From Janibacter hoylei PVAS-1 (lineage in GTDB: Bacteria > Actinomycetota > Actinomycetes > Actinomycetales > Dermatophilaceae), in the NCBI RefSeq assembly GCF_000297495.1, contig NZ_ALWX01000068.1:1-64000 (forward strand): a stretch of DNA of 64,000 nt, in the 5' to 3' direction. The translations under genes were made by a program, and so were the position numbers. Shown piece by piece: positions 41,714 to 53,521 of this stretch. Position 1 is the first letter of the stretch. Each line of letters starts with the position of its first letter. The notes beneath the pieces are model-generated. The model did no database searches. It had not been told where the DNA came from and worked only from the letters and a program-made list of their open reading frames with translations.

Positions 41714-42770
41714 TCAGCCGTCGGTGCCGGTGGCCGGCTGGTCGAGGATCGCCTGGGCTCGGCTCTTGGCGACGAGCGTCGCCGCCTCCTGGCGGGCCGG
41801 CTCGTCGATGGCCGCCTCGAGGTGCGACAGGTGCTCCGGGACCGCGCGGCCCCACTTGCGCATCGCCGTCGCGTAGAGGCGACCGGCCCGGTAGCTCGAG
41901 CGCACGAGCGGCCCGGCCATGACGCCCTTGAAGCCGATCGCCTCGGCGAGCTCGCTCCAGTGGACGAACTCCTCGGGCTTGACCCACCGGTCGATCGGGT
42001 GGTGCAGCTTGGAGGGGCGCAGGTACTGGGTGATCGTGAGGATGTCGCAGCCCGCCTCGTGCAGGTCGCGGATCGCCTCCTCGATCTCGTGGTCCTCCTC
42101 ACCCATCCCGAGGATGAGGTTGGACTTGGTGACCAGCTCGGCCTCGCGGGCCATGGAGAGCACCTTGAGGGACTTCTCGTAGGTGAAGGCCGGGCGGATC
42201 TTGCGGAAGATGCGCGGCACGGTCTCGAGGTTGTGGGCGAAGACCTCGGGGCGGGCGTCGAAGACCTGGCCGACGAGCTCGGGCTTGGCCCCGAAGTCGG
42301 GCGGGAGGATCTCGACACCGGTCGTGGGGTTGAGCTCGTGGATCGCGCGGATCGTCTCCGCGTAGAGCGCGGCGGCACCGTCGGGCTGGTCGTCGCGGGC
42401 GACGCCGGTGACGGTGGAGTAGCGCAGGCCCATCTCGCGGACGGACTCGGCGACGCGGCGCGGCTCGTCCATGTCGAGCGAGGTGGGGCGGGCCGGTCGC
42501 GATGTCGCAGAAGTCGCAGCGCCGGGTGCACACGTCACCGCCGATGAGGAAGGTCGCCTCGCGGTCCTCCCAGCACTCGAAGATGTTGGGGCAGCCCGCC
42601 TCCTGGCAGACCGTGTGCAGGCCAGCGCCACTGACGCGGCCACGCATCTGGTTGTACTCGGGGCCCATCTTGGCGGTGGTCCGGATCCACTCCGGCTTGC
42701 GCTCGATGGGGGTCTCGGCGTTGCGCGCCTCGACGCGCAGCAGACGACGTCCTTCGGGTGCGACGGTCAC
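41714..42770 (-). CDS. lipA: Lipoyl synthase, with a homopolymer frameshift near 42490.
   Basis: Radical-SAM '[13 protein letters not shown]' plus 'CPNIFECW'. Removing one C from 'accggcccgcccc' restores '...[11 protein letters not shown]...'. Confidence 0.9.
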
Positions 42771-42823
42771 GCAGCTCTCCTGGCAGTGTCGGTGGTCCGG
42801 AGGGTGTCCGGAGTCACTCCAGA

Positions 42824-43504
42824 CTACGCCTCGGCGGGGACGGCTCCTGCAGCCCCCTTCGTCAGCGGCAGGTCCTGCGTCATGACCTCGAGCAGGTGTG
42901 CCTTGGCCGAAGGGAGGATGTCGGCGACGGTGATGTCACGACCGGTCTCGAGGGCGAGGGTCGAGACGTCGGCATCGGGGATCCCGCACGGGACGATCGT
43001 CTGCGTCCACGACAGGTCGCAGTCGACGTTGAGGCTGAAGCCGTGCATCGCCACGTCGCGGGAGACGCGGATGCCGATCTGGCCGAGCTTGCGGTCGCGG
43101 GTCTCGTCGGTGCCGGGGACCCAGATGCCCGAGCGGCCCGGGACGCGGGTGGCGGTGACGCCGACGTCGGCGGCCACGCGGATCATCATCTCCTCGAGCC
43201 GGCGCACGTGGGCGATGACGTCGCGGCGACCCGGGAGGTGCGCGATGGGGTAGCCGACGAGCTGGCCGGGGCCGTGCCAGGTGATCTTGCCGCCCCGGTC
43301 GACGTCGATGACGGGGGTGCCGTCCATCGGTCGCTCGTGGGGCTCGGTGCGCTTGCCGGCGGTGTAGACGGCGGTGTGCTCGAGCAGCAGGGTCGTGTCC
43401 TCGAGCTCACCGGCGACGACCGCGGCGTGCACCTGCTTCTGGTGCTCCCAGGCGGTCAGGTAGTCGACGGTGTCGGGGGCGAAGCCCAGCTCCTCGAAAC
43501 GCAT
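42824..43504 (-). CDS. lipB: Octanoyltransferase (lipoyl(octanoyl) transferase).
   Basis: '[14 protein letters not shown]'. The catalytic Cys region is '[14 protein letters not shown]'. Confidence 0.9.
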   Translation of the reverse strand: MRFEELGFAPDTVDYLTAWEHQKQVHAAVVAGELEDTTLLLEHTAVYTAGKRTEPHERPMDGTPVIDVDRGGKITWHGPGQLVGYPIAHLPGRRDVIAHVRRLEEMMIRVAADVGVTATRVPGRSGIWVPGTDETRDRKLGQIGIRVSRDVAMHGFSLNVDCDLSWTQTIVPCGIPDADVSTLALETGRDITVADILPSAKAHLLEVMTQDLPLTKGAAGAVPAEA

Positions 43505-43578
43505 CCGGCCAGCCTACGCCGCGCCCCCTGTGGAGAACTCCGCGGACGGATCGGCGATCTGCGCCATGGTGACGGCAT

Positions 43579-45241
43579 GGACGAGATCCCGCCGCAGGTG
43601 CCCGGCTACCGGCTGACCCGGGTGATCGGGGTCGGCTCGAGCGCCACCGTGTGGCGAGGGCGTCGGGTCGACGACGACGAGCTCGTCGCGGTCAAGGTGC
43701 TGGCTGCGGGCAGCGAGGACGAGGTGGTGCGGGAGTACGCGCTGCTGCAGCAGACCGCCGCCGAGCACGTGGTCGCCCTGCACGAGACCGTCGACGTCGA
43801 GACCGAGCACGGCCCGAGCACCGCCCTCGTCCTCGAGTACCTCGCCGGCGGCAGCCTCGGTCGGGTCGTCGCCGAGCGCGGTCACCTCACCGTCGGCGAG
43901 ACGGTCACGGTCATCGCGCCGGTCGCGCAGGCCCTCGCCGGCCTGCACGACCTCGGTGTCGTCCACGGGGACCTCAGCCCGGGCAACGTGCTGCTCGACT
44001 CGACGGGTCGCCCGGCCATCGGTGACCTCGGCTGCTCCCGGCTCACCGGCGAGGCGCCCGGCGACGTGCACGGCACCGACGGTCACGTCGCCCCGGAGGT
44101 GCTCGAAGGGAGCGACCCCACCCGGGCGAGCGATGTCCACGCCCTCGGGGCGCTCGCCTGGCTGTGCCTCGTCGGGGAGCCGCCGGGGCACATCGCCGAG
44201 CGGGCCGAGCTGGGTGACCTCGTGCCGGACGCCCCGGAGCTCGTCGCGGTCGTGGAGTCGTGCCTGTCGACCGACCCTGATGCGCGGCCCGAGGCCGACG
44301 AGGTGGCCCGTGGCGTCTTCGACGCCGCGCCTGCCGAGCCGTTGCGGATGACGTCGACGGGCGACGTGGCGAGCAGCCTGACCCGTCGGCTGCGCGAGTC
44401 GGCGGCCGACGACGAGGTGCACGTACCGCAGTGGCAGGAGGAGCTCGTCGCCGCGCCGGAGGCACCACCGAGCCGCCGGTGGTGGCAGCGACGGGAGCGG
44501 GAGGGTCAGGAGGACGAGCGACCCCGGTCCACGGGAGGGCGCCACGCCGCGCCCCGTCGTCGGCGGGACGAGCCGATCGACCTGACCCGGGACGTGGAGC
44601 CCACGACCGAAGGGAGTGAACCCCGGGCCATCGCCCGGCTTGCCGCGGGTGCGGGCGCCGGCTCGCGCCGCCCGGCCGTCGTCGTGGCCTGCGGGTTGGC
44701 GCTCGCCCTCGTCGTGCTCGTGCCGTGGCGTCAGCTCGCCACTGCCGAAGGGGGGAGCGGGCCGGGCCACCCGGCCAACGCCGTGAGCACCCGGTCGCAG
44801 CCGTCGGAGACTCCCGGTGGGCCCCGCGCGGGTGTGCAGACCGACCGGGCGGCGACCCGCGAGTCGCCGGTGCTGCTCGCGCAGGAGCTGACCTCGCTGC
44901 GCCGGCAGGTGGTCGTCGAGCGTGACCGGGCTGCCGTCGAGCGGCTCGACGTGCCGGGCTCGCCTGCTCGGGAGGCGGACCTCGCCCTGCTGGACGAGCT
45001 GCAGCGGACGGGCGAGCGCTACCGCGGGGTGACGATGACGGTGCGATCGGCTCGGCTGCAGCGCACCTCGGGGGTCAGGGCCGTCCTGCGGGTCGTCGTC
45101 GACGAGTCCGCCTATGAGGTGGTCTCGGCCGAGGGGGAGCGCACGCCCCGCCCGGGGCGGCGTGGGCAGCGGGTCGACCTCGTGCTCGCCTGGCACGACG
45201 ACGCGTGGCGGGTGCGAGATGTCCGGGCTGTGGCGGACTGA
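43579..45241 (+). CDS. Membrane-anchored Ser/Thr protein kinase-like protein with an HGD catalytic loop and a C-terminal extracytoplasmic domain.
   Basis: 'VAVKV', 'VVHGDLSPGNVLL', 'DLGCS', '...APEV'. A single TM 'AVVVACGLALALVVLV' follows. Confidence 0.7.
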
Positions 45242-45265
45242 GGGGTCCGCGGCACCCAGCGGCGG

Positions 45266-46165
45266 TCAGAGCAGGTGGTCGAGGGCGTCGTCGAGGTGCG
45301 GGTGGGCGAAGTCGTGGCCGACCTCGAGGAGCCGCAGGGGAAGCACCCGGGCGGAGGCGAGGACCTCGTCGGCGAACTCGCCGAGCGCCACGCGCAGGGC
45401 AGGGCGGGGCGCGGGGAGGACGGCGGGGCGGTGGAGGTGGCGACCCAGCGCGCTCGCCAGATCGCGCTGGCGCTCTGGGTGCGGCGCGGTGGCATTGACC
45501 GCTCCGGTGACCGACGCGTCCTCGACCAGCCTCGTGTAGACGCCGACGACGTCGTCGAGGCTGATCCACGGCATCCACTGGCGCCCACTCGCGAGGGGGC
45601 CACCGAGACCGAGTCGGGCGAGCCGCAGCATCGGGCTGAGGGCGCCGCCGTGTGCTGCCAGGACGATACCGGTGCGCGCGTGGGCCACCGGGACGCCCGC
45701 CTGCACTGCCGGTGCGGCCGCGGCCTCCCAGTCGCGGACGACACCGGCGAGGTAGCCGCGGCCCGGGGCCGAGGTCTCCGTGAGGACCTCGTCGCCACGG
45801 TCGCCGTAGTACCCGACCGCAGAGGCCGTGACGAGCCGGGTCGGTCCGGCACCCTCGGCGACGCGGCGGGCCACGAGGTCCGTGCCGTGGACCCGTGAGG
45901 TGCGGATGAGCATCTTGTAGGTCGGGGTCCAGCGCCGATCACCCACGCCCGCACCCGCCAGGTGCACGACGGTGTCGACGTCCGAGAGGACCCCGGGGTC
46001 GAGCTCGCGGGTGGCCGGGTCCCACGGACGCTCGTGGTCTCCCTTCGGCTCGTGACGCACGAGCTGCACGACCTCGTGACCGTCCGCGCGCAGGGACGAC
46101 GACAGCGCGCCGCCGATCAGTCCGGAGGCTCCGGTGATGGCGATGCGCTGTCGTCGTGTGCTCAT
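45266..46165 (-). CDS. TIGR01777 (YfcH-like) epimerase family protein with a DUF1731 C-terminus.
   Basis: 'IAITGASGLIGGAL' Rossmann N-terminus. Confidence 0.75.
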   Translation of the reverse strand: MSTRRQRIAITGASGLIGGALSSSLRADGHEVVQLVRHEPKGDHERPWDPATRELDPGVLSDVDTVVHLAGAGVGDRRWTPTYKMLIRTSRVHGTDLVARRVAEGAGPTRLVTASAVGYYGDRGDEVLTETSAPGRGYLAGVVRDWEAAAAPAVQAGVPVAHARTGIVLAAHGGALSPMLRLARLGLGGPLASGRQWMPWISLDDVVGVYTRLVEDASVTGAVNATAPHPERQRDLASALGRHLHRPAVLPAPRPALRVALGEFADEVLASARVLPLRLLEVGHDFAHPHLDDALDHLL

Positions 46166-46166
46166 G

Positions 46167-48017
46167 TCAGGCCTCGAAGCGACCTTCCTCGAGACGGGCC
46201 TTGACCGTCCCGAGGAAGCGGGCCGCGTCGGCGCCGTCGACCACGCGGTGGTCGTAGGTGAGCGCGAGGTACATCATCGACCGGATCGCCAGCGTCTCGC
46301 CGCCGTCGTCTGTCGTGATGACGACCGGGCGACGCACGATGGCGCCGGTGCCGAGCATCGCGACCTGCGGCTGGTTGAGGATCGGGGTGTCGAAGAGTGC
46401 ACCCCGGCTGCCGGTGTTGGTGATGGTGAAGGTCCCACCCGACAGGTCGTCCGGCGTGATCTTGTTGTTGCGCGTGCGGTCGGCGACGTCCGCGATGGCC
46501 CGGGCGAGGCCGGCGACGTTGAGGTCACCGGCGTTCTTCACGACCGGCGTGAGCAGGCCGCGCTCGGTGTCGACCGCGATCGAGAGGTTTTCCTGACTGT
46601 GGTAGACGATCTCGTCGCCCTCGACGCTGGCGTTGACGCCCGGGTGCGCCTTCAGGGCCTCGGCCGTGGCCTGGGCGATGAAGGGCAGGAAGGAGAGCTT
46701 CGTGCCCTCGCGCTGGGCGAACTCGGCCTTCGCGGCGTCGCGCACGCGAGCCACCTTGGTCATGTCGACCTCGACGACCGTCGTCAGCTGGGCGGAGACC
46801 CGCAGCGACTCGACCATCCGCTCGGCGATGACCTTGCGCAGGCGGGTCATCTTCTCGCGGGTGCCGCGCTTGGACTGCGGGACGTTGGACTCCAGACCGG
46901 CCGGGACGCCCGCGGGGGCCGCAGCAGCGGGGGCGCCAGCCGGAGCGGCGGCCGGAGCAGCAGCCTCCTGCGGCTGGTTCTTCGCCTTGGCCGCCTGGAG
47001 GACGTCCTGCTTGCGGATGCGGCCACCGATGCCGGTGCCCGTCACCTGGGCGAGGTCGATGCCGTTGTCGGCAGCGAGCTTGCGCACGAGCGGGGTGACG
47101 TAGGCGGCGGCGTCACCACCGGAGGCGGCGGGCACCTCCTGCTTCGGCTCGGCCTTGGGCTCCTCGGCCTTCGGCTCCTCCTTGGGGGCTTCCTGCTTCG
47201 GCTCCTCCTTGGGGGCTTCCTGCTTCGGCTCCTCCTTGGGGGCCTCCTGCTTCGGCTCCTCCTTGGGCTCCTCGGCCTTCGGCTCCTCCTTGGGCTCCTC
47301 GGCCTTCGGCTCCTCCGTGGGCGCCTCCTGCTTCGGCTCTTCGGCCGGGGCGGACTCGGTCGAGCCGCCACCGGAGCCACCGACGATCGCGAGGTCGGCG
47401 CCGACCTCGACCGTCTCGTCCTCCTGGACGAGGATCTTGGTCAGGGTGCCCGCGACGGGGGAAGGGATCTCGGTGTCGACCTTGTCGGTCGAGACCTCGA
47501 GCAGCGGCTCGTCGACCTCGACGGTGTCGCCCTCGGCCTTGAGCCACCGCGAGACGGTGCCCTCGGTCACGGACTCGCCGAGAGCCGGCATCGCCACGGT
47601 CGTGCCGTCGCCGTCACCGGAGGAGGACTCGGCGGCCGGGGCCTCCTCGGCCTGCGGCTCCTCGGCGGGAGCCTCCTCGGCCTCGGCGGCGGGCTCGTCG
47701 GCCTGCGGCTCCTCGGCGGGGGTCTCCTCCGCAGGAGCCTCCTGCGCGTCGTCGCCGGAGTCGGAGGAGGCCGGTGCGTCACCGTCACCGATGACGGCGA
47801 GGTCGGCGCCGACCTCGACGGTCTCGTCCTCCTCGACGAGGATCTCCTGGATCGTGCCCGCGACGGGCGAAGGGATCTCAGTGTCGACCTTGTCGGTCGA
47901 GACCTCGAGCAGCGGCTCGTCGACCTCGACCGTGTCGCCAACATTCTTGAGCCATCGCGTCACGGTGCCCTCGGTCACGGACTCGCCCAGTGCCGGCATG
48001 GTCACCCGCTCAGACAT
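46167..48017 (-). CDS. sucB: Dihydrolipoamide acyltransferase (E2 component) with two lipoyl domains.
   Basis: Two '[13 protein letters not shown]' lipoyl-lysine boxes, a PSBD, and catalytic '[14 protein letters not shown]'. A long PKEEPKQEA-type linker repeat is present. Confidence 0.9.
   Translation of the reverse strand: MSERVTMPALGESVTEGTVTRWLKNVGDTVEVDEPLLEVSTDKVDTEIPSPVAGTIQEILVEEDETVEVGADLAVIGDGDAPASSDSGDDAQEAPAEETPAEEPQADEPAAEAEEAPAEEPQAEEAPAAESSSGDGDGTTVAMPALGESVTEGTVSRWLKAEGDTVEVDEPLLEVSTDKVDTEIPSPVAGTLTKILVQEDETVEVGADLAIVGGSGGGSTESAPAEEPKQEAPTEEPKAEEPKEEPKAEEPKEEPKQEAPKEEPKQEAPKEEPKQEAPKEEPKAEEPKAEPKQEVPAASGGDAAAYVTPLVRKLAADNGIDLAQVTGTGIGGRIRKQDVLQAAKAKNQPQEAAAPAAAPAGAPAAAAPAGVPAGLESNVPQSKRGTREKMTRLRKVIAERMVESLRVSAQLTTVVEVDMTKVARVRDAAKAEFAQREGTKLSFLPFIAQATAEALKAHPGVNASVEGDEIVYHSQENLSIAVDTERGLLTPVVKNAGDLNVAGLARAIADVADRTRNNKITPDDLSGGTFTITNTGSRGALFDTPILNQPQVAMLGTGAIVRRPVVITTDDGGETLAIRSMMYLALTYDHRVVDGADAARFLGTVKARLEEGRFEA
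47155..47340 (-). repeat. Coding tandem repeat (27-bp unit, ~6 copies) encoding the (PKEEPKQEA)n linker of E2.
   Basis: cttcggctcctccttgggggcttcctg repeated. Confidence 0.8.
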
Positions 48018-48147
48018 GCGCCTCTGCTCCTTCTATCGAGATGGGATACGTCACAGACTCTCACGAGTCGGTGGGCTGGTGTCCACAGGGCCCACGCTCG
48101 CGCGTGGCACGGATCGGCGTCCGGCCGGGCCCGTCGGCCGAGCGGTC

Positions 48148-49536
48148 TCAGGCATGGGCGTGCAGCGGTCGGCCGGCGGCCAGCATGGCGGCCTCGCCGA
48201 AGGCCTCACCCTGGCTCGGGTGCGCGTGCACGAGCGGGGCGATGTCCTCGGGGTGCGCCTCCCACCCGACGGCCAGCTGGGCCTCGCTGATGAGCTCGCT
48301 CACGCCGAGACCGATCATGTGCACGCCGAGGACCGGGCCGTCCTTCTCGCGCACGAGGGTCACGGATCCGGTCGTCCCGCGGATGATGCTGCGGCCGTTG
48401 CCGCCCAAGGGATAGGTGGCCGTCTCGACGTCGCGGCCGGCCCCCTTCGCGGCGTCCGCCGACAGGCCCACGGAGGCGATCTCCGGGTCGCAGTAGGTGA
48501 CCTTGGGGATCGTCACGTCGTCGACCGGTGCGGGGTCGAGCCCGGCGAGGTCCTCGGCGACGAAGATGCCGTGCGCAAATCCGCGGTGGGCCAGCTGCAG
48601 GCCGGGGACGAGGTCGCCGACGGCGCGCACGCCCTCGACATTGGTCCGCAGCCGCTCGTCCGTCGGGACGAAGCCGCGCTCGACGGCGACTCCGGCCTCC
48701 ACGAGGCCGATGCCCTCGCTGCGGGGTCCGCGGCCGACGGCCACGAGCACGAGGTCGACCTCAAGTGCGTCGCCGCCCTCCAGGTGCACGACCGCGCGGT
48801 GCTCGTCGGCCTCGACGGATGCGACCCGGGTGGACGTCTTCGCGGTGATGCCGCGCTTCTTGAACTCGCGCGTCAGGTGCTTGGAGATCGACGGCTCCTC
48901 GGCCGCGACGATCCGGTCGAGGGCCTCGACGACCGTCACCTCGGCGCCGAAGCTGCGCAGCATGGACGCGAACTCCACGCCGATGACGCCACCGCCGAGG
49001 ACCGCGACCCGCTGCGGGATCGTCTCGAGGTCCATCGCCTGGTCGCTCGTCATCACGCGCGGCCCGAGCTCGACGCCGGGGATGGTGCGTGCGTACGAAC
49101 CGGTCGCCAGCACAACGGTCTTGGCGCTGACCGTCCGGACGCCCTCGGCGGTGTCGACCGAGACCGTGCCGGCGTCGACGAGGCGACCGCGTCCACGGAC
49201 GACCTCGATGCCAGCCTGCCCGATGAGCCCCGTCAGGCCCTTGTGCAGCTGCCCGATGACCTTGTCCTTGCGGGCGTGCAGCGCTGCGGTGTCGACCCCG
49301 TCGAAGGTCGTGAGGATCCCGTGGGCCGCCCCCGCGCGGGCTCCGTCGGCGAGCTCCGCCGCGTGGAGGAGCGCCTTGGTCGGGATGCACCCGCGGTGCA
49401 GGCAGGTCCCGCCGATCTTGTCCTCCTCGACGAGCGCGACCTTCATCCCGAGCTGCGCGGCCCGCAGGGCGCAGGCGTAGCCGCCGCTGCCGGCTCCGAG
49501 GATGACGAGGTCGAAGGGGGTCGCGGGGTCTGCCAC
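48148..49536 (-). CDS. lpd: Dihydrolipoyl dehydrogenase.
   Basis: 'GGTCLHRGCIPTK' redox-active disulfide. FAD and NAD GxGxxG motifs. Confidence 0.9.
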   Translation of the reverse strand: MADPATPFDLVILGAGSGGYACALRAAQLGMKVALVEEDKIGGTCLHRGCIPTKALLHAAELADGARAGAAHGILTTFDGVDTAALHARKDKVIGQLHKGLTGLIGQAGIEVVRGRGRLVDAGTVSVDTAEGVRTVSAKTVVLATGSYARTIPGVELGPRVMTSDQAMDLETIPQRVAVLGGGVIGVEFASMLRSFGAEVTVVEALDRIVAAEEPSISKHLTREFKKRGITAKTSTRVASVEADEHRAVVHLEGGDALEVDLVLVAVGRGPRSEGIGLVEAGVAVERGFVPTDERLRTNVEGVRAVGDLVPGLQLAHRGFAHGIFVAEDLAGLDPAPVDDVTIPKVTYCDPEIASVGLSADAAKGAGRDVETATYPLGGNGRSIIRGTTGSVTLVREKDGPVLGVHMIGLGVSELISEAQLAVGWEAHPEDIAPLVHAHPSQGEAFGEAAMLAAGRPLHAHA

Positions 49537-49839
49537 GAGATGCTCCTTTGCACGGGGGTGTGTCCGGGGTCACGGACCGGCCCCAGCGTAGGGCCTGAGC
49601 GCGCGAGCGTCGTTCGCTGGGCAGGGCTGCGGCCCGCGGGGCAGGGCTGGGGGTGGCCCTAAGGAAAAGTCCCGACCCCTGATGCAGGCACGGCACCGTG
49701 CGTGCCCAGAGTCGGGACTTTTCCATGAGTCGGGCCGACCCCCACCCTGCCGCCGCTGACGCTGCCGTGACTGCGCACTCGAAGAAGAAGCGCCCAGTCG
49801 ACCGGGCGCTTCTTCTTCGAACCGTTCTCGGGGAGCGGG

Positions 49840-51327
49840 TCAGGCCAGGTTGGCGAGGTGCTCGAGGAGGGTGCCGACGGCGACGCCGGTGCCCCCCTTC
49901 GGCAGGTGGCCGGTGGCGCCGCCCTCGTTGAAGGAGGGGCCGGCGATGTCGAGGTGGGCCCACGGGATCTGCTCGCCGTCGGAGTCCTTGGCGAACTCCT
50001 GCAGGAAGAGGCCCGCGGTCAGGGCGCCGCCCCAGCGGTCGCCCTTGTGGGCGAGGTCCGCGACGGCGGAGTCGAGGCCCGAGCGCAGGTCGGTCGGCAG
50101 CGGCAGCGGCCAGCTCGGCTCGTCGGCGCGGTCGGCGGCCTCGGTGATCGCGGTGCGCAGCTCCTCGTCGTTGCCCATGACGCCGAAGATCTGCGGGCCG
50201 AGGGCCACGACGCACGCGCCGGTGAGGGTCGCGACGTCGAGGATCTGGTCCGGGTACGACTCGGCGGCCAGGGCCATGCCGTCGGCGAGGACCATGCGGC
50301 CCTCGGCGTCGGTGTCGATGATCTCGACGGTCGACCCGTTGCGCATCGTGACGACGTCGCCGGGGCGCTGCGCGTTGCCGCCCGGCATGTTTTCCGCGAG
50401 GCAGAGGTAGCCGGTCACGGCGACGTCCAGCTCGAGCTCGGCGGCGGCGACGACGGTCGCGGCCACGGCGGCGGCGCCGGCCATGTCGGACTTCATCGTC
50501 AGCATGCCCGCGGAGGGCTTGATGCACACGCCACCGGTGTCGAAGGTGATGCCCTTGCCGACGAGCGCCACGTGGGGGACCTTCTTGCTGCGGGGCGCGT
50601 AGGAGAGGACGACGATGCGCGGCGGGCGGCTGCTGCCCTGGCCGACGCCGACGATGCCGCCGAAGCCACCCTCGAGGAGGGCCGTGTCGTCGAGCACCTC
50701 GACCTTGAGCTTGCCCGACGACGCCTTGGCCGTCTGCTGGACCTGCTCGGCGAAGGACTGCGGGAAGAGCAGGTTGGGCGCGGTGTTGACGAGGTCGCGG
50801 GCCCAGGCGACGTTGCGCGAGATCGTCGCGGCGGTCTCGAGCACGGAGGCCGGGTCCTCCTTGCGGTCGAGCGTGGAAAAGACGGTGATCTCGCGGTCCT
50901 CGCCCTCGCCGGGGGCGGACTTGTGCGCGGTGAAGCGGTAGTCCCCGGAGAGGGCGCCCTCCGCGATGGCGGCCAGGTCGGCGTCGTCCTCGTGGGGGAG
51001 GGCGAGCGCGACCGATCCCTTGCCCGCGGCGCGCACCGCGGCACCGGCAGCCCGACGCAGTGCGTCGGTACCCCCTTCGCCCTCCTCGCCCAGCCCGACG
51101 AGCACGACCTTGTCGGCCTTGAGGCCCGGAACGGCGGGAAGGGTGGTCGTCGCCCCGACCTTGGTGCCGACCTCGAGGACCGGCAGGGCGGCGTCGAGGT
51201 GGGTCACGGTGGACTTCGGGAGGTCGACGCCGGCGGCGAGAGCCGGCTCGGCGCCGGTGACTCCGACGACGAGGGTCCGGCCGGACCACGCGGCGAGCGA
51301 ACGGGAACCGAGGATCAGCGAGGGCAC
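49840..51327 (-). CDS. pepA: Leucyl aminopeptidase (M17).
   Basis: '[11 protein letters not shown]', 'DTDAEGRM'. Confidence 0.9.
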   Translation of the reverse strand: MPSLILGSRSLAAWSGRTLVVGVTGAEPALAAGVDLPKSTVTHLDAALPVLEVGTKVGATTTLPAVPGLKADKVVLVGLGEEGEGGTDALRRAAGAAVRAAGKGSVALALPHEDDADLAAIAEGALSGDYRFTAHKSAPGEGEDREITVFSTLDRKEDPASVLETAATISRNVAWARDLVNTAPNLLFPQSFAEQVQQTAKASSGKLKVEVLDDTALLEGGFGGIVGVGQGSSRPPRIVVLSYAPRSKKVPHVALVGKGITFDTGGVCIKPSAGMLTMKSDMAGAAAVAATVVAAAELELDVAVTGYLCLAENMPGGNAQRPGDVVTMRNGSTVEIIDTDAEGRMVLADGMALAAESYPDQILDVATLTGACVVALGPQIFGVMGNDEELRTAITEAADRADEPSWPLPLPTDLRSGLDSAVADLAHKGDRWGGALTAGLFLQEFAKDSDGEQIPWAHLDIAGPSFNEGGATGHLPKGGTGVAVGTLLEHLANLA

Positions 51328-51410
51328 GAGACGGGCACCTTTCGGTGGGGGAGTGGTGGGTGTACCACTGGGAGGCTATCCCGGATGGCGAGACGGTAGC
51401 GTCTGGCGCA

Positions 51411-52519
51411 TGACCGACAGTGACGTCCTGCGCACCTCCCCGATCCACGAGCGCCATGTGGCCCTCGCCGCGAAGATGGCCGACTTCGGCGGCTGGGAGA
51501 TGCCCATCGAGTACCCGGGCGGCGGGGTCGTCGCCGAGCACACCGCAGTCCGCGAGCGCGTGGGCCTCTTCGACGTGAGCCACCTCGGCAAGGCGCGGGT
51601 CGCCGGCCCCGGCGCCGCCGAGCTGGTCAACGCCACGCTCACCAACGACCTCGGTCGGATCTCGGCCGGCAAGGCGCAGTACACGTTGTGCTGCAACGAC
51701 TCCGGTGGCGTCGTCGACGACCTCATCGCCTACCTGCGCAGCGAGGACGACGTCTTCCTCATCCCCAACGCCGCCAACACCGCGACCGTCGTCCGGATGC
51801 TGCAGGAGGCCGCGCCCGAGGGCGTCGAGGTCACCGACCTGCACGAGGACTACGTCGTGCTCGCCGTGCAGGGCCCCCGCAGCGACGAGGTCCTCACCGC
51901 CATGGGCCTGCCCGTCGACCACGAGTACATGTCCTTCGACGAGGCGCAGTGGGAGGGGCACGACATCACGGTGTGCCGCACCGGCTACACCGGCGAGCGC
52001 GGCTACGAGCTCGTCGCGCCGGCCGCCGCCGGCACCCGGCTGTGGGACGCGATCGTCGAGGCGATGGCCCCGTACGACGGCCTGCCGTGCGGCCTGGGTG
52101 CCCGCGACACCCTGCGCACCGAGATGGGCTACCCGCTCCACGGCAACGACCTCTCGCCCGAGATCACCCCCGTCATGGCGCGCTCCGCGTGGGCGGTCGG
52201 CTGGGACAAGAAGACCTTCTGGGGCAAGGACGCGCTCGTCGCCCAGCGCGTCGCGAAGTCCTCGCGGCTGCTGCGCGGCCTGCTCGTCACGGGCCGCGGG
52301 ATCCCGCGCAGCCACTGCGCCGTCAAGGTCGACGGGGCCGCGGTCGGGGAGGTCACCTCGGGCACCTTCAGCCCCACGCTCAAGCAGGGCATCGCGCTCG
52401 CGCTGCTCGATCGCTCGGTCGCCGACGGCGACGAGGTCGTCATCGACGTGCGCGGACGTGAGGTCGCGGCGACGGTGACCAAGCCGCCCTTCGTCGAGGT
52501 GCAGGTGAGGGAGGCATGA
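51411..52519 (+). CDS. gcvT: Glycine cleavage system T protein (aminomethyltransferase).
   Basis: '[26 protein letters not shown]...LFDVSHLGK'. Confidence 0.9.
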
Positions 52520-52593
52520 GCGAGGCCGGCGCCGAGCACGCGAGCGAGGGACGAGCGAGGCGCGCAGAGGGCGAAGCATCGCGAGGAGGAAAC

Positions 52594-52800
52594 ATGAGCG
52601 AGTCATACCGCTGGCGGTTCGAGGACGCGGCCGGGCAGCCGCTCCCGAGCGGCCACTCCGTCTCCTTCCCGACGCAGGCCGACGCCGAGGCATGGTTCGC
52701 GGAGTCCTGGGAGGACCTCGCGGGCGCCGGCGTCGTCCAGGTGACGCTCATGCACGAGGGTGTCGAGGTCTACGGCCCGATGCCGTTGTCTGCGGGCTGA
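52594..52800 (+). CDS. Small hypothetical protein (68 aa) with a perfect Shine-Dalgarno sequence.
   Basis: GAGGAGGAAACATG. The sequence is 'MSESYRWRFEDAAGQPLPSGHSV...'. Confidence 0.45.
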   Translation: MSESYRWRFEDAAGQPLPSGHSVSFPTQADAEAWFAESWEDLAGAGVVQVTLMHEGVEVYGPMPLSAG

Positions 52801-52877
52801 CCGCGTCAGCACCCACCGCCGCGAGCACGAACGGGGCCTGCCACCAGCTGGTGGCAGGCCCCCTTCGTGTGTCCGGG

Positions 52878-53456
52878 TCAGCGCGGGGCGTCGCCCCGCT
52901 CGACCATCGGCTTGGGCATGCGGGTGCGGCGGATCTGGAAGCAGCGCATGACGGTGTACATCGCCAGGCCACGCGTCGGGGTGTCCTCGCCGAAGCGGAC
53001 GAGGATCTTCTTGCGAGTGCGGCGCCACAGCAGCACCGCGTCGACGATCGCGGCGATGATGAGCAGGTAGACACCGAGGAAGACGTAGGTGGCCCACTCG
53101 GCGGCGAAGAGGCTGAGGGCCAGCACGGCGAGCATGAGCGGCAGCAGCCACTCACCGAGGTTGAAGCGCGCGTCCACGCTGTCACGGACGAAGCGGCGCA
53201 CCGGCCCCTTGTCGCGGGGCGGCAGGTGGCGCTCGTCGCCGGTCATCATCGCCTCGCGCATCTTCTGTGCGTTTTCGCGCCGGGCGGCGCGGTCGGCGGC
53301 CTTCGCGCTCTTGCGGTCGGCCTGCACGAGGGGTCGCTTGCGGGCCGCCTCCTGGTCGCGCCGCTTGGGCGTCGGGCGGTTCTTCGCACCCTCGCGCTGC
53401 GGGCGCTCCTGCACCGGGGAGGGGGTCTCGTCCTGCTGCTTCTTCCGTCCGAACAC
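52878..53456 (-). CDS. DUF3043 family membrane protein.
   Basis: Basic N-terminus, 2 TM, and the conserved actinobacterial family signature 'RFVRD.VD.RFNLGE'. Confidence 0.7.
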   Translation of the reverse strand: MFGRKKQQDETPSPVQERPQREGAKNRPTPKRRDQEAARKRPLVQADRKSAKAADRAARRENAQKMREAMMTGDERHLPPRDKGPVRRFVRDSVDARFNLGEWLLPLMLAVLALSLFAAEWATYVFLGVYLLIIAAIVDAVLLWRRTRKKILVRFGEDTPTRGLAMYTVMRCFQIRRTRMPKPMVERGDAPR

Positions 53457-53521
53457 GAGGAGAACTCTAGGTGCACGCCGCCGGTGGGTCCGAGCGGGTC
53501 GTCCGCGATAGCGTCTGGCCC

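Noticed and set aside
51328-51410. Glycine riboswitch upstream of gcvT.
   Set aside because: Only ~80 bp separates divergent pepA and gcvT. This is too short for a tandem-aptamer glycine riboswitch, and no GGAGAG...ACCGAAGGGGCAA consensus is seen.
48761-52693. Very long ORFs on the strand opposite to known genes (the 1310-aa ORF shown here, the 715-aa ORF 21717-23864, and 535-aa ORF 29010-30617 overlapping glnA).
   Set aside because: These are typical stop-codon-poor shadow frames of ~70% GC DNA. They are Arg/Pro/Gly-rich with no motifs, and they overlap confidently identified conserved genes.
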